Source of the DNA: an uncultured Thermoleophilaceae bacterium
GTDB lineage: Bacteria > Actinomycetota > Thermoleophilia > Solirubrobacterales > Thermoleophilaceae
Direction of reading: 5' to 3'
Assembly: GCA_963733655.1 (NCBI GenBank)
Contig: CAVTEX010000005.1
Coordinates: forward strand, 187,834 to 251,833
Length of the DNA stretch: 64,000 bases
In this document: positions 9,648 to 17,866 of the stretch, in pieces
Numbering within the stretch: the first letter of the stretch is position 1
How the letters are laid out: each line of letters opens with the position of its first letter
The notes under the pieces: generated by a model
Told to the model about the DNA's origin: nothing
Database searches by the model: none
Seen by the model: only the letters and a program-made list of their open reading frames with translations
Position numbers and translations under genes: made by a program

Positions 9648-10238
9648 ATGGCCAGCAGCACCACAACCCCCAAGCCCGACAACCCCACAATGACCGACCC
9701 GACGGGTGCCGACCGCAACGCGGGCATCTGGCTGGGCGCGGCCGTGATCGCCATGGGACTGCTGGCGGGGCTCGTCTACGACTGGTCGATCGCCGTCATG
9801 CCGGCCCTGACCGCGGCCGACGACCGCACGCTGGTAGATGCGGTGCAGCAGACGGTTGACAACCCGGCGTTCCCCCTGACCTTCCTCGCTGCCGGCGCGC
9901 TCGCCGTGGTCGCCCTCGTTCAGGCGCGTCGCTCCGGCTCCCCCAGGACCGCGCGCTGGATCGCCGCCGGCCTCGCCCTCTACGCGCTGGCGGTCGTCGT
10001 CACCGGCGCAATCCACATCCCGCTCAACGAGGACCTGAAGAACGCGGGTGACCCCGCCCGCATCGAGAATCTCGCCGCTGTGCGCGACGACTTCGCGGGC
10101 CCCTGGGTCGCCTGGAACATCGTCCGGGCGCTGGCAACGACGGCGGCCTTCGGCGCCCTCGTATGGGCGCTCGTCCTGCGCGGACGGATGGGGCGGGCCG
10201 AGCAGCCACAACCGACCGAGGGCCATGCGCGCGGCTGA
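9648..10238 (+). CDS. DUF1772 (anthrone-oxygenase-like) integral membrane protein
   Basis: Track ORF 9537..10238 trimmed to ATG 9648, preceded by AAGGAGG. Four predicted TM helices and PLNEDL...WVAWNIVRA, typical of DUF1772. Confidence 0.75.
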   Translation: MASSTTTPKPDNPTMTDPTGADRNAGIWLGAAVIAMGLLAGLVYDWSIAVMPALTAADDRTLVDAVQQTVDNPAFPLTFLAAGALAVVALVQARRSGSPRTARWIAAGLALYALAVVVTGAIHIPLNEDLKNAGDPARIENLAAVRDDFAGPWVAWNIVRALATTAAFGALVWALVLRGRMGRAEQPQPTEGHARG

Positions 10239-10270
10239 CGGCTCGGGCTACTCATCCGCCTGGCCCAACC

Positions 10271-10321
10271 TGTAACCGAAAGGTTGCAATCCGCCCGCGG
10301 GTGTGTAACCATTTGGTTTCA
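10271..10321 (+). promoter_or_regulatory. two tandem 18-bp imperfect palindromes (TGTAACC-N4-GGTTnCA), putative ArsR-family operator pair
   Basis: TGTAACCGAAAGGTTGCA at 10271-10288 and TGTAACCATTTGGTTTCA at 10304-10321. They lie 30-80 nt upstream of the AHSA1-ArsR operon (RBS AAGGAGG 10338-10344, ATG 10351). Confidence 0.45.
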
Positions 10322-10350
10322 GTTACTCGACTAGCTCAAGGAGGATCCAA

Positions 10351-10800
10351 ATGGACAGCATCGAGCGTGAAGTGGTGATCGACGCCCCGGTCGACCGGGT
10401 CTGGCAGCTGGTGACCGAGGCCGAGCACCTCGGGCGCTGGTTCGGAGATGCCGGGGCGGAAGTGGACCTGCGGCCGGGCGGAGCGATGGAGCTGCGCTGG
10501 ACCGAACACGGCGCCTCGCGCGGCCGGATCGAGGCGGTGGAACCGCAGCGCCTGTTCGCGTTCCGCTGGGCGCCGTTCAAGGATCCGGGCGGAATCGACC
10601 CGACCGATGACAACTCGACGCGTGTCGAGTTCACCCTCAGAGAGGAGGGCGAGGGCACGCGCCTGCGTGTGATCGAGAGCGGCTTCGCGACGCTCGCCAC
10701 CTCAGAGGAGCAGCGCCGGAAGAACCTCGACGGCAACACCGAGGGCTGGCGGATGGAGCTCGGCGAGCTGCAGGATTACGCCACCCGCGTGACGGCCTGA
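10351..10800 (+). CDS. SRPBCC/AHSA1 (Aha1-like) domain protein
   Basis: 149 aa. IEREVVIDAPVDRVWQLVTEAEHLGRWF ... RIEAVEPQRLFAFRW matches the AHSA1 family that commonly pairs with ArsR regulators. Confidence 0.85.
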   Translation: MDSIEREVVIDAPVDRVWQLVTEAEHLGRWFGDAGAEVDLRPGGAMELRWTEHGASRGRIEAVEPQRLFAFRWAPFKDPGGIDPTDDNSTRVEFTLREEGEGTRLRVIESGFATLATSEEQRRKNLDGNTEGWRMELGELQDYATRVTA

Positions 10801-10801
10801 C

Positions 10802-11128
10802 GTGAGGACGGCGTCCGTAGAGCACGGAGAGCTGTTCGCCGCGCTCTCCGACCCCACGCGGCGGCAGGTCCTCGACCTGCTCGCCGCCCGGGGCGAGGGG
10901 AGCGCGAGCGGCCTCGCCGCCGCCATGCCGGTCAGCCGTCCCGCTGTGGTCAAGCACCTCGCGGTCCTGGACCGGGCCGGCCTCGTGGAGAGCCGGCGCC
11001 AGGGCCGCGAGGTGCTCTACAGCGTGCGCTCGGAGCCGCTCGAGTCGGCGGCGCGCTGGATGGCGAGCGTGGCGGCCGACTGGGACCGGCGCCTGGCGGC
11101 GCTGAAGCGGCTGGCCGAGCAGGGCTGA
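10802..11128 (+). CDS. ArsR/SmtB-family transcriptional regulator
   Basis: 108 aa. LFAALSDPTRRQVLDLLA...SASGLAAAMPVSRPAVVKHLAVLDRAGLV is the canonical ArsR wHTH. Confidence 0.9.
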   Translation: MRTASVEHGELFAALSDPTRRQVLDLLAARGEGSASGLAAAMPVSRPAVVKHLAVLDRAGLVESRRQGREVLYSVRSEPLESAARWMASVAADWDRRLAALKRLAEQG

Positions 11129-11193
11129 GGCCGAACCGGCTGAGCCAGCGACAAGCCTTCTCCGTACCTGGCGTTCCGTTCCGGTCGCGGCCG

Positions 11194-11490
11194 GTGTCTC
11201 AACCGATCACAACGACTCGCAGAACCGTCAGCAACACCGCCTTCCAGCTCGGCGGCGCACTCGGGGTCGCCATCGTCTCGACGGTTGCGATCTCCCGCTC
11301 CGAGGACTACCTCGCGGCGAACAACGGCGCGGATCCGCTCGTCGTACTGACCGAGGGCTTCCAATCCGCCTTCGTGGCCTGCGTCGTCCTGGCCGCGATC
11401 GGGGTGGCGCTCGCGCTCCTGCTTCTCGGCCGGCCGTGCCGCGCTCCGCGGGAACGGCTCGAGGTCGCCGCCGCCACGGCCGCCGACTAA
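11194..11490 (+). pseudogene. C-terminal remnant of an MFS (DHA2/EmrB-like) transporter
   Basis: 98-aa ORF resembling only the last helices of drug-exporter MFS proteins ([18 protein letters not shown] ... FVACVVLAAIGVALALLLL). No upstream MFS body exists between it and arsR. Confidence 0.5.
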
Positions 11491-11596
11491 ATCGAACTCG
11501 CGGGGCCTGCGCAGCCCGGGCGCGCGCTTGCACAGGGCAGGGGCGGCAGCCGGGGGACCGAAAGGGGCGGGAGTGAAATCGGCTGGGGAGATCTTG

Positions 11597-12280
11597 ATGT
11601 TGCGCAGGGTTGTAAGCGGGTCGGTGGCATGCGCGATCAGCGCGACGCTGCTTTCGAGCCCCGCGGCATTCGCGGCCGTCCCGCACACGGTTCTGCCCGG
11701 GGAGTCGCTGTGGTCGATCTCCGCCGCCAACAACCTGACCACGCGCACGGTGGCCGTCTACAACGGCTTGTCCGAGACCGCCCCGCTCCTGGTGGGGACG
11801 ACCGTTTACGTGCCCACCGTCGCCGAGGGCGCTTCGGCGCTCGCCTCCGGCACAGCCGCCGTCGCGCCGCCGGCGACCGCCGGCTCCACCCCGGATCCGT
11901 CGACGGCGACCGCAGCCGCCCCGGGAATGGGAAGCGTTCCCTCCCCCTACGGCCAGCTGCCCTTGGCACCCGCCGCCGCGGACGCGTGGAATGCCATGCG
12001 TTCCGAGGCCCTGACCGGCTACGGCACGGACATCTACCCGGCCGGCCCGGCGTCGGCCTATCGCACCTACCAGCAGCAGGCCGAGCTCTACGAGGCCTAC
12101 CTGGCGGGCTACGGGGCGCCGGCCAACCCGCCCGGCACTTCCTCACACGAGCTCGGCGTCGCCGTGGATCTCCAGACGCCCCAGATGCGTTCGGTGGTCG
12201 ACCAGATCGGATGGAAGTACGGCTGGGGGAAGATCCACGCACCGGGCGAGTGGTGGCACGTGGACTACGGCGGCGGATAA
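11597..12280 (+). CDS. secreted LysM-domain / M15 (VanY-type D-Ala-D-Ala carboxypeptidase-like) peptidase
   Basis: Track ORF trimmed to ATG 11597 (signal peptide MLRRVVSGSVACAISATLLSSPAAFA). LysM HTVLPGESLWSISAANNLTTRTVAVYNGL...TVYVP. Zn motifs SSHELGVAVDL and EWWHVDY. Confidence 0.8.
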   Translation: MLRRVVSGSVACAISATLLSSPAAFAAVPHTVLPGESLWSISAANNLTTRTVAVYNGLSETAPLLVGTTVYVPTVAEGASALASGTAAVAPPATAGSTPDPSTATAAAPGMGSVPSPYGQLPLAPAAADAWNAMRSEALTGYGTDIYPAGPASAYRTYQQQAELYEAYLAGYGAPANPPGTSSHELGVAVDLQTPQMRSVVDQIGWKYGWGKIHAPGEWWHVDYGGG

Positions 12281-12394
12281 CCGATCAGCCATGCGGTCGG
12301 AACTGGCCTGAGATTGCGCGCACGTCTCCTCAGGGTGACGGGAGGGGACTCTCGCCTCGGATCGGGAGCCAGTAGAAGGCGTTGAACGCGACGA

Positions 12395-13009
12395 TCAGGG
12401 CCAGCCCAGGACAGGTAGCGCGGCGCCAAGCAGGGCGCCTGTCGCGAGCCAGGCCAGCGCGAGCTGAAAGCGCCTGCCGATGGCTGTCGCGCCGGCGGGG
12501 TCGAGCGCTTCGCTGAGCAGTCGCTGACGGCGCGCGTACTGCCAGACGGCGTTGAACGTCAGCGCCGTCACGGCGAACGCGATCGCGTAGAAGACGACGG
12601 CGGTTCGTTCGTCATGTCCGTCGCGCAGCGACTCGGCAAGCACGGAGGTCGCGAACGGAAGGAACGCCACGACCATCAGCAGCAGCGTGTTCAACAGCAG
12701 CACCACACGGTCGGCCGCACGGATGTGGTCGAACATGACGTGGTGGTTGGCCCACACCTGCCCGATGAACAGGAACGTCACGGCGTAGGCCAGATAGGAC
12801 GGCCAGAGCTCGACAAGGCCATGCAGCAAGCTCCCCTCGCCGGCCGGCGGCCTGATCTCCAGAATGAGCAAGGTGACGGTGATCGCGAACACGGCATCAC
12901 TGAACGCCACCAATCGCACGGTGTCGCGGTGAACCGAGCGGGCGTCGGCGGTCCCTGCACTTGCGTCCAGGCGCTCGACCAGCGCAGGCCAACGTAGCCA
13001 GCGCATCAC
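12395..13009 (-). CDS. TMEM175/DUF1211-family membrane protein (putative K+ channel)
   Basis: 204 aa. Hallmark RLVAFSDAVFAITVTLLILEI in helix 1 and six hydrophobic segments. Confidence 0.8.
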   Translation of the reverse strand: MMRWLRWPALVERLDASAGTADARSVHRDTVRLVAFSDAVFAITVTLLILEIRPPAGEGSLLHGLVELWPSYLAYAVTFLFIGQVWANHHVMFDHIRAADRVVLLLNTLLLMVVAFLPFATSVLAESLRDGHDERTAVVFYAIAFAVTALTFNAVWQYARRQRLLSEALDPAGATAIGRRFQLALAWLATGALLGAALPVLGWP

Positions 13010-13034
13010 CGAGGAGATCCCTGCCCGCTGCCAG

Positions 13035-14753
13035 TCACAGATCGAGCACCACGTCGTCGCGTGGCTGTGAGCAGCAGATGAGTGCGCTTCCGTCAGCGGG
13101 CGATTCGACCGGGTCGGGGCTGTAGTCGATATCGCCGGCGATGAGGGTGGTCTCGCAGTTGTGGCATACGCCGGTGCGGCACGACCAGCGGACGGGTACG
13201 TCGCATGCTTCGGCGAGTTCGAGCAGGCTCGCGTAGTCGCTGCTCCACGGGATGGCGAGGTCGCTGCGCGCGAACTCGATCATTGGGCCGTTTCCGGGTT
13301 GGCCGGCGGGTGGGTGGGGCGTCCGCGCAGGTGTTGCTGCGATGCCGGGAGTCAGACCAGGTGCGGGCCCGAACGGTTCAGTGTGGATGCGTGAGGCGTC
13401 GATCCCCATCGCTGCAAGAGCGGCGCTGATCTCCTCCATGAATGGCGTCGGCCCGCACACGTATGCCTCGCCATCGCGCGGTGGCTCGAGTTCGGCGAGC
13501 AGTGACGCAGTGAGACGGCCCGCGCTGTCGAAGTCGCGGCCTTCGAGGTCGTTCGGACCGGGACGGCTGAAGCACACGTGGGTGCGTACGTTCGGGAGCG
13601 ACGCGAGGAGAGTCCGGGTCTCCGCGGCGAACGAGTGGTCGCGGCTGCTGCGTGCGCCGTGCAGCCACCAGATCTCCCGATCCGAATGCTGCTCGGCGAG
13701 CGCCTGAAGCATGGCGAGGACCGGGGTGGCGCCGATCCCGGCGCTGATCAGCAGCACGGGAACATGCGTCCGGTCGAGGATGAAGGTGCCGCGTGGTGCT
13801 GCGATGTCGAGTTGGTCGCCGACCGACAGCCGGGTATGCAGATAGCCGCTGGCGACGCCATCGTGCTCGCGCTTGACGGTGATCCGGTAGTAGCCGGCAT
13901 CGGGCGGCCCCGAGAGGGAGTAGTTGCGGAGCACCGACCTCTGCCCGTCGTCCGGCTGGATGCGGAGCGTGAGGTACTGGCCGGGGCGCGGGGCGGGAAG
14001 CGGCTCCCCGTCAGGGTCCTCGAGGCGGATCGAGATGACGGAGTCGCATTCCCGCTCGAGCGCGGTGACGGCCAGTCGGCGGAACCCGGGCCAGGCGGGG
14101 GGCGGGCTGGCCGCGACCAGGCCGGCATTCCCGCCGCCGGGCTCTCCATCGAGCAGGGCCTGGAACGACGTCTGCCAGCCGGGGCTGAGGGCCGGGATCC
14201 GCAGCGCGCGAAGCAGCTGCTGGCGCGGGTGGCTGGGGAGATAGAGGAGCGCGCTGAGCTCGGCGACGGTCATCTGCTCCGGGCCGGCGGCGAGCTTGAC
14301 GATCTTGTCCCCCGCCTGCACCTCGCCCTCCTCGAGCACGCGGAAGTAGAAGCCGGGGCGCCGGTGTGAGACGAGCAGGGCGGGGATGCGCGGGTCCTTC
14401 ATCCGGATCCCGACGCGGTAGCAGGTCACACGAGGTTGCGTGACCTCGAAGACGGCGCTGCCGATCCGGTAGCGGTCACCGATGCAGACCTCGTCGTCGC
14501 TCAGTCCCTCGACGGTCAGGTTCTCGCCGAACTGCCCGTATACGAAGTCGTCTCGTCCTAGCTCGCGTTCCCAGTAGCGATAGGAGCCGATCTGGTAGAC
14601 GAAGACGGCGCGCTGCTCGCCACCATGCCCGGCAGGATCGCCTTGCCCGTCGCCGTCGACGTTGAGCCTGCGCACGCGGCGAGGGCCGCTGACAGGGTCC
14701 TTGAAGACGCCGGTGAAGACAGTCTTCCCCTGCCACGGCACGTCCTTCGGCAT
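13035..14753 (-). CDS. MOSC domain / FAD-NAD(P) oxidoreductase / 2Fe-2S ferredoxin three-domain protein
   Basis: 572 aa. MOSC (GDPAGHGGEQRAVFVY...VTQPRVTCYRVG), FNR-like (RNYSLSG...LISAGIGATPVLAML) and C-terminal CRTGVCHNCET...CCS. Homologue-like residues (GTLLAVSVG) continue upstream of the ATG without a canonical start codon. Confidence 0.9.
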   Translation of the reverse strand: MPKDVPWQGKTVFTGVFKDPVSGPRRVRRLNVDGDGQGDPAGHGGEQRAVFVYQIGSYRYWERELGRDDFVYGQFGENLTVEGLSDDEVCIGDRYRIGSAVFEVTQPRVTCYRVGIRMKDPRIPALLVSHRRPGFYFRVLEEGEVQAGDKIVKLAAGPEQMTVAELSALLYLPSHPRQQLLRALRIPALSPGWQTSFQALLDGEPGGGNAGLVAASPPPAWPGFRRLAVTALERECDSVISIRLEDPDGEPLPAPRPGQYLTLRIQPDDGQRSVLRNYSLSGPPDAGYYRITVKREHDGVASGYLHTRLSVGDQLDIAAPRGTFILDRTHVPVLLISAGIGATPVLAMLQALAEQHSDREIWWLHGARSSRDHSFAAETRTLLASLPNVRTHVCFSRPGPNDLEGRDFDSAGRLTASLLAELEPPRDGEAYVCGPTPFMEEISAALAAMGIDASRIHTEPFGPAPGLTPGIAATPARTPHPPAGQPGNGPMIEFARSDLAIPWSSDYASLLELAEACDVPVRWSCRTGVCHNCETTLIAGDIDYSPDPVESPADGSALICCSQPRDDVVLDL

Positions 14754-15259
14754 GCCGACACTGACCGCCAGAAGGGTGCCCGCCGGGCGGCCGGTGGCCG
14801 GAGCTGACCGGCTTGCTGGAACTTCGATCTCATCTCACGCCTCCGCGGGGTCGGCGCCGTGGAAACGACGGTGTGCCCCGGGACCGGCTCGAGCTCTTGA
14901 CCGTCGATCGTGATCGTCACCTTCTCGGGTTCGAACGAGACGAAGGTCGGCGATGCGCGTAACGCTTGCTCGAGGTGACGACCGTCGGGCAGAGCGCGGG
15001 CGCGACCACCGTCACGGCCAGGGTAGGCGACCGCGGCCGCAGCGTCAGCTGTCGGGTGCCGCGGCCTGGGCGAGCACCTCAACGGCCGAACTCACCCGAC
15101 CGACCCTCGTCCCGCGCGTTAATGTGCGACGACGGAATGTCGCCGGGATGGAGTCTTGGGTGGGTCGCGAGCCATCGGGGGGGACGTGTTCACCCGTCTT
15201 TGCGATTCCCGAAGCTCGTGGGTCGGCGGGAGGCGATCCTTGAGCGAGAGAGAGATGGC

Positions 15260-16436
15260 GTGGCGAACGTACCTGACCAGCAAGAGCGATCGGTGCTTCC
15301 GCCGCCCGACCCGCCCTTCCGCGGCGAGATCAATGTGGCCTTCGCGGACTCGACGCCCGATTTTCCCGAGCCGCTGCGAGCGCCGGAGGGCGCACCCAAT
15401 GTGCTCGTCATCGTCGGCGACGACATTGGCTTCGGGCACATGGGGGCGTTCGGCGATCATGGACCACGGCGGTATCCGCCGCCAGTTCCATCACCACATC
15501 GACATCACCCCGACCATCCTGGAGAGCGCCGGCGTGCCCGCGCCGATGCGCGTCAACGGCGTCGACCAAGAGCCGATGGAGGGCGTGAGCATGCTCTACA
15601 CCTTCGACGACGCGGAAGCGAGGGACCGCCACACGACGCAGTACTTCGAACTCACCGGCACCCGTGCCATCTACCACGACGGCTGGTGGGCCGGCACACG
15701 CCACGGCCAGGACGGCCTCACCGCCTCGGCCGGCACCGTGCCGTTCGACCAGGACGTCTGGGAGCTCTACGACATGACCACCGACTTCGGCCACGCCACC
15801 GACCTGGCCGCCGAGCACCCCCAGAAACTCGCCGACCTACAAGCCCTCTTCGACCGCGAAGCCCGCAAGTACAACGTCTACCCACTCGCCGACAACATCC
15901 TCGCGCTGCTGTCCGCCGAGCGCCCAGGACTCTTCTCCGGTAACAAGGCCAGCTACCGCCCCGGCACGGTCCGGATCCCCGAAGACGCCACCATCAACAC
16001 CAAGAACCGCTCGTTCACGCTCACCGCGGAGGTCGAGACCAACGGCAACGCGGCAGGCATCCTCGTCACCGTCGGCGGCGAGACCGGCGGCTACGCACTC
16101 GTGGTACAGAACGCCAAGCCCACCTTCCACTACAACTGGCTCGGCCGCAAGCGCTACACGATCACCTCCGCACAGCCGCTGCCGAAGGGCCAGTGCACGA
16201 TCCGCTTCGACTTCGCCTACGACGGCGGCGGTGCGGGCAAAGGCGGCACCGGGACGCTGTCGGTCAACGGCAAGCAGGTGGGCGAAGGCCGTATCGACAA
16301 GACCGTCCCCGTCGTCTTCTCAACCGACGACACCTTCGATGTCGGTGAGGACTGGGGAACGCCAGTCGCGCCGACCTACCAACCGCCGTTCAAGTTCACC
16401 GGCACACTGACCCAGGTGACGATCGAAGTCACCTGA
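15260..16436 (+). pseudogene. arylsulfatase with the catalytic core deleted (N-terminal ~65 aa joined out of frame to the C-terminal ~320 aa)
   Basis: Frame of ORF 14966 gives ...SVLPPPDPPFRGEINVAFADSTPDFPEPLRAPEGAPNVLVIVGDDIGFGHMGAFGD. At ~15455-15470 the reading switches to ORF 15156 (HGGIRRQFHHHIDITPTILESAGVP... to the end). The Cys/Ser-x-P-x-R region and most of the sulfatase fold are missing. Confidence 0.75.
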
Positions 16437-16542
16437 CCTCCGCTAATTGCGGAACCGCGGCAGCTGACTCAGAACGAGGCCGAGAGTGCCTCTTCGTAAT
16501 GCAAGGGAGCGTCTCCGCCGAGACGACTCTCGACCAAATCGT

Positions 16543-17112
16543 TCATCGCGCACGCTCGTAGACCATGACCACGACGCCGTCGCTGCCGACGATGCGCGAC
16601 TCCCTGAGCCGCATCGGCTTCTTGTCGGAGGTCGCGCCGAACACTCGCTTGCCCGTACCGAGGACGACAGGGAAGACCATCAGGTTGACCTCGTCGACGA
16701 GGTCGCTCTCGAGCAGCTCGTGGACGAGCCGGTTTGAGCCGGGCACCTGGATCGTGCCGTCAAGCTCCTGCTTCAGCTTGGCGACCTGAGTCGTGGCGTC
16801 GCCGCTGTCGAGGACCGTGGTGTTGTTCCACTCGGCGTCCCCGAGGGTCGTGGAGACGACGTACTTCGGCATCGAGTTGAACTTGTCCGCGAATTCGCCC
16901 TCGCGCTCGGGCCAGGCGCCGGCGAAGCTCTCGTAGGTGCGGCGGCCGAGGAGCAGTGCGTCGGCCTCGAGCGTCTCGTCGAGCTTGAACTGGTTGCCGT
17001 CCTCGCCTCGGTCGAACTCGAAGCTCCAGCCCGGGTACTTGAAGTCCTCCCCTCCGGGGGCCTCCATCACCCCGTCAAGAGACGAGAATTCGGTTACGAC
17101 GATCTTTGCCAT
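16543..17112 (-). CDS. dihydrofolate-reductase-family protein (RibD C-terminal domain type)
   Basis: 189 aa. MAKIVVTEFSSLDGVMEAPGGE...LLLGRRTYESFAGAWP...VPGSNRLVHELLESDLVDEVNLMVFPVVLG. Confidence 0.85.
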   Translation of the reverse strand: MAKIVVTEFSSLDGVMEAPGGEDFKYPGWSFEFDRGEDGNQFKLDETLEADALLLGRRTYESFAGAWPEREGEFADKFNSMPKYVVSTTLGDAEWNNTTVLDSGDATTQVAKLKQELDGTIQVPGSNRLVHELLESDLVDEVNLMVFPVVLGTGKRVFGATSDKKPMRLRESRIVGSDGVVVMVYERAR

Positions 17113-17274
17113 CGGATGCTCCTTTCAGCTCGGTTGCGGGTGGTGCACTCCAGACGGGTCGGAGCACCTTTCGTATATAGCGTCGAATCAGCGGTCCCGA
17201 AATCGACACGGCGCAAAGGACACTTTCGCGCCCCGAGCGGAGCGAGGGTGTGCGAAAGGAAATTTGCCGGACAG

Positions 17275-17366
17275 GACCCGCGGCCACGGCGGCGCCCGGC
17301 CACGGCGTCGTCGTCGTTGTACATGTGCGGCTCCTCGATATGTACCAGCACCTCCTTGCCCTTCCG
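17275..17366 (-). pseudogene. relic copy of the rne 3' end (direct-repeat copy A)
   Basis: 17298-17366 is ~90% identical (62/69) to 18101-18169 inside rne. Minus-strand translation ...GKEVLVHIEEPHMYNDDDAVAGRRRGRG compares with rne ...GEEVLVHIEEPHMYNDDDAVAKLDG...NGRRRRRGRRGGRG. Confidence 0.7.
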
Positions 17367-17452
17367 ATTCCCCCGGGCCGACAGGGTCGTGGGGCGCGCC
17401 AGTGGTGGGCCGGTAGCGTCCGCCGCGACATCGACGGACACCAGGAGGCCCC

Positions 17453-17800
17453 ATGCCCTACATCGAAGGCTTCGTCGCGGCCGTGCCGACCGCCAACCGC
17501 GAGATCTACATCGAGCAGGCCAAGCAGGGCGCCGAGTACTTCAAGAACCTCGGCGCCACCAAAGTGATCGAGTGCTGGGGCGACGACGTCCCGCGCGGCG
17601 AGGTAACCGACTTCTTCCGGGCCACGCAGGCCAAGGACGACGAGACCGTCATCTTCAGCTGGATCGAGTACCCGGACAAGGCGACCCGCGACGCCGCCAA
17701 CGAAAAGATGCGCGACGACCCGGAGATGATGAACATGGAGATGCCCTACGACGGCAAGCGGATGTTCTGGGGCGGCTTCGAGCAGGTGGTGAGCGGCTAG
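17453..17800 (+). CDS. DUF1428 family protein (E. coli YbaA-like)
   Basis: 115 aa. MPYIEGFVAAVP...KVIECWGDDVPRGEVTDF...VIFSWIEYPDKATRDAANEKM...PYDGKRMFWGGFE aligns along its length with YbaA as I recall it. Confidence 0.85.
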   Translation: MPYIEGFVAAVPTANREIYIEQAKQGAEYFKNLGATKVIECWGDDVPRGEVTDFFRATQAKDDETVIFSWIEYPDKATRDAANEKMRDDPEMMNMEMPYDGKRMFWGGFEQVVSG

Positions 17801-17866
17801 GCCGGCGCGTCCCCACGCCGCCCCGCCCGCCGGTGGCCGGCAAAGCACACGTTTGCGCCGAGAGCC

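Noticed and set aside
14873-14923. Minus-strand peptide KVTITIDGQELEPVPGH in the 500-bp spacer as a real small ferredoxin-like gene
   Set aside because: It is only ~20 residues of vague similarity with no plausible start or RBS. The frame runs into the MOSC gene out of phase. At most it is a decayed fragment.
17094-17441. 115-aa minus-strand ORF between the DHFR-like gene and DUF1428 as a gene
   Set aside because: Only the ~25 residues copied from rne look protein-like. The rest (…SCPANFLSHTLAPLGARKCPLRRVDF…) has no coding character, and the ORF overlaps the DHFR-like gene start. It is treated as a relic fragment, not a CDS.
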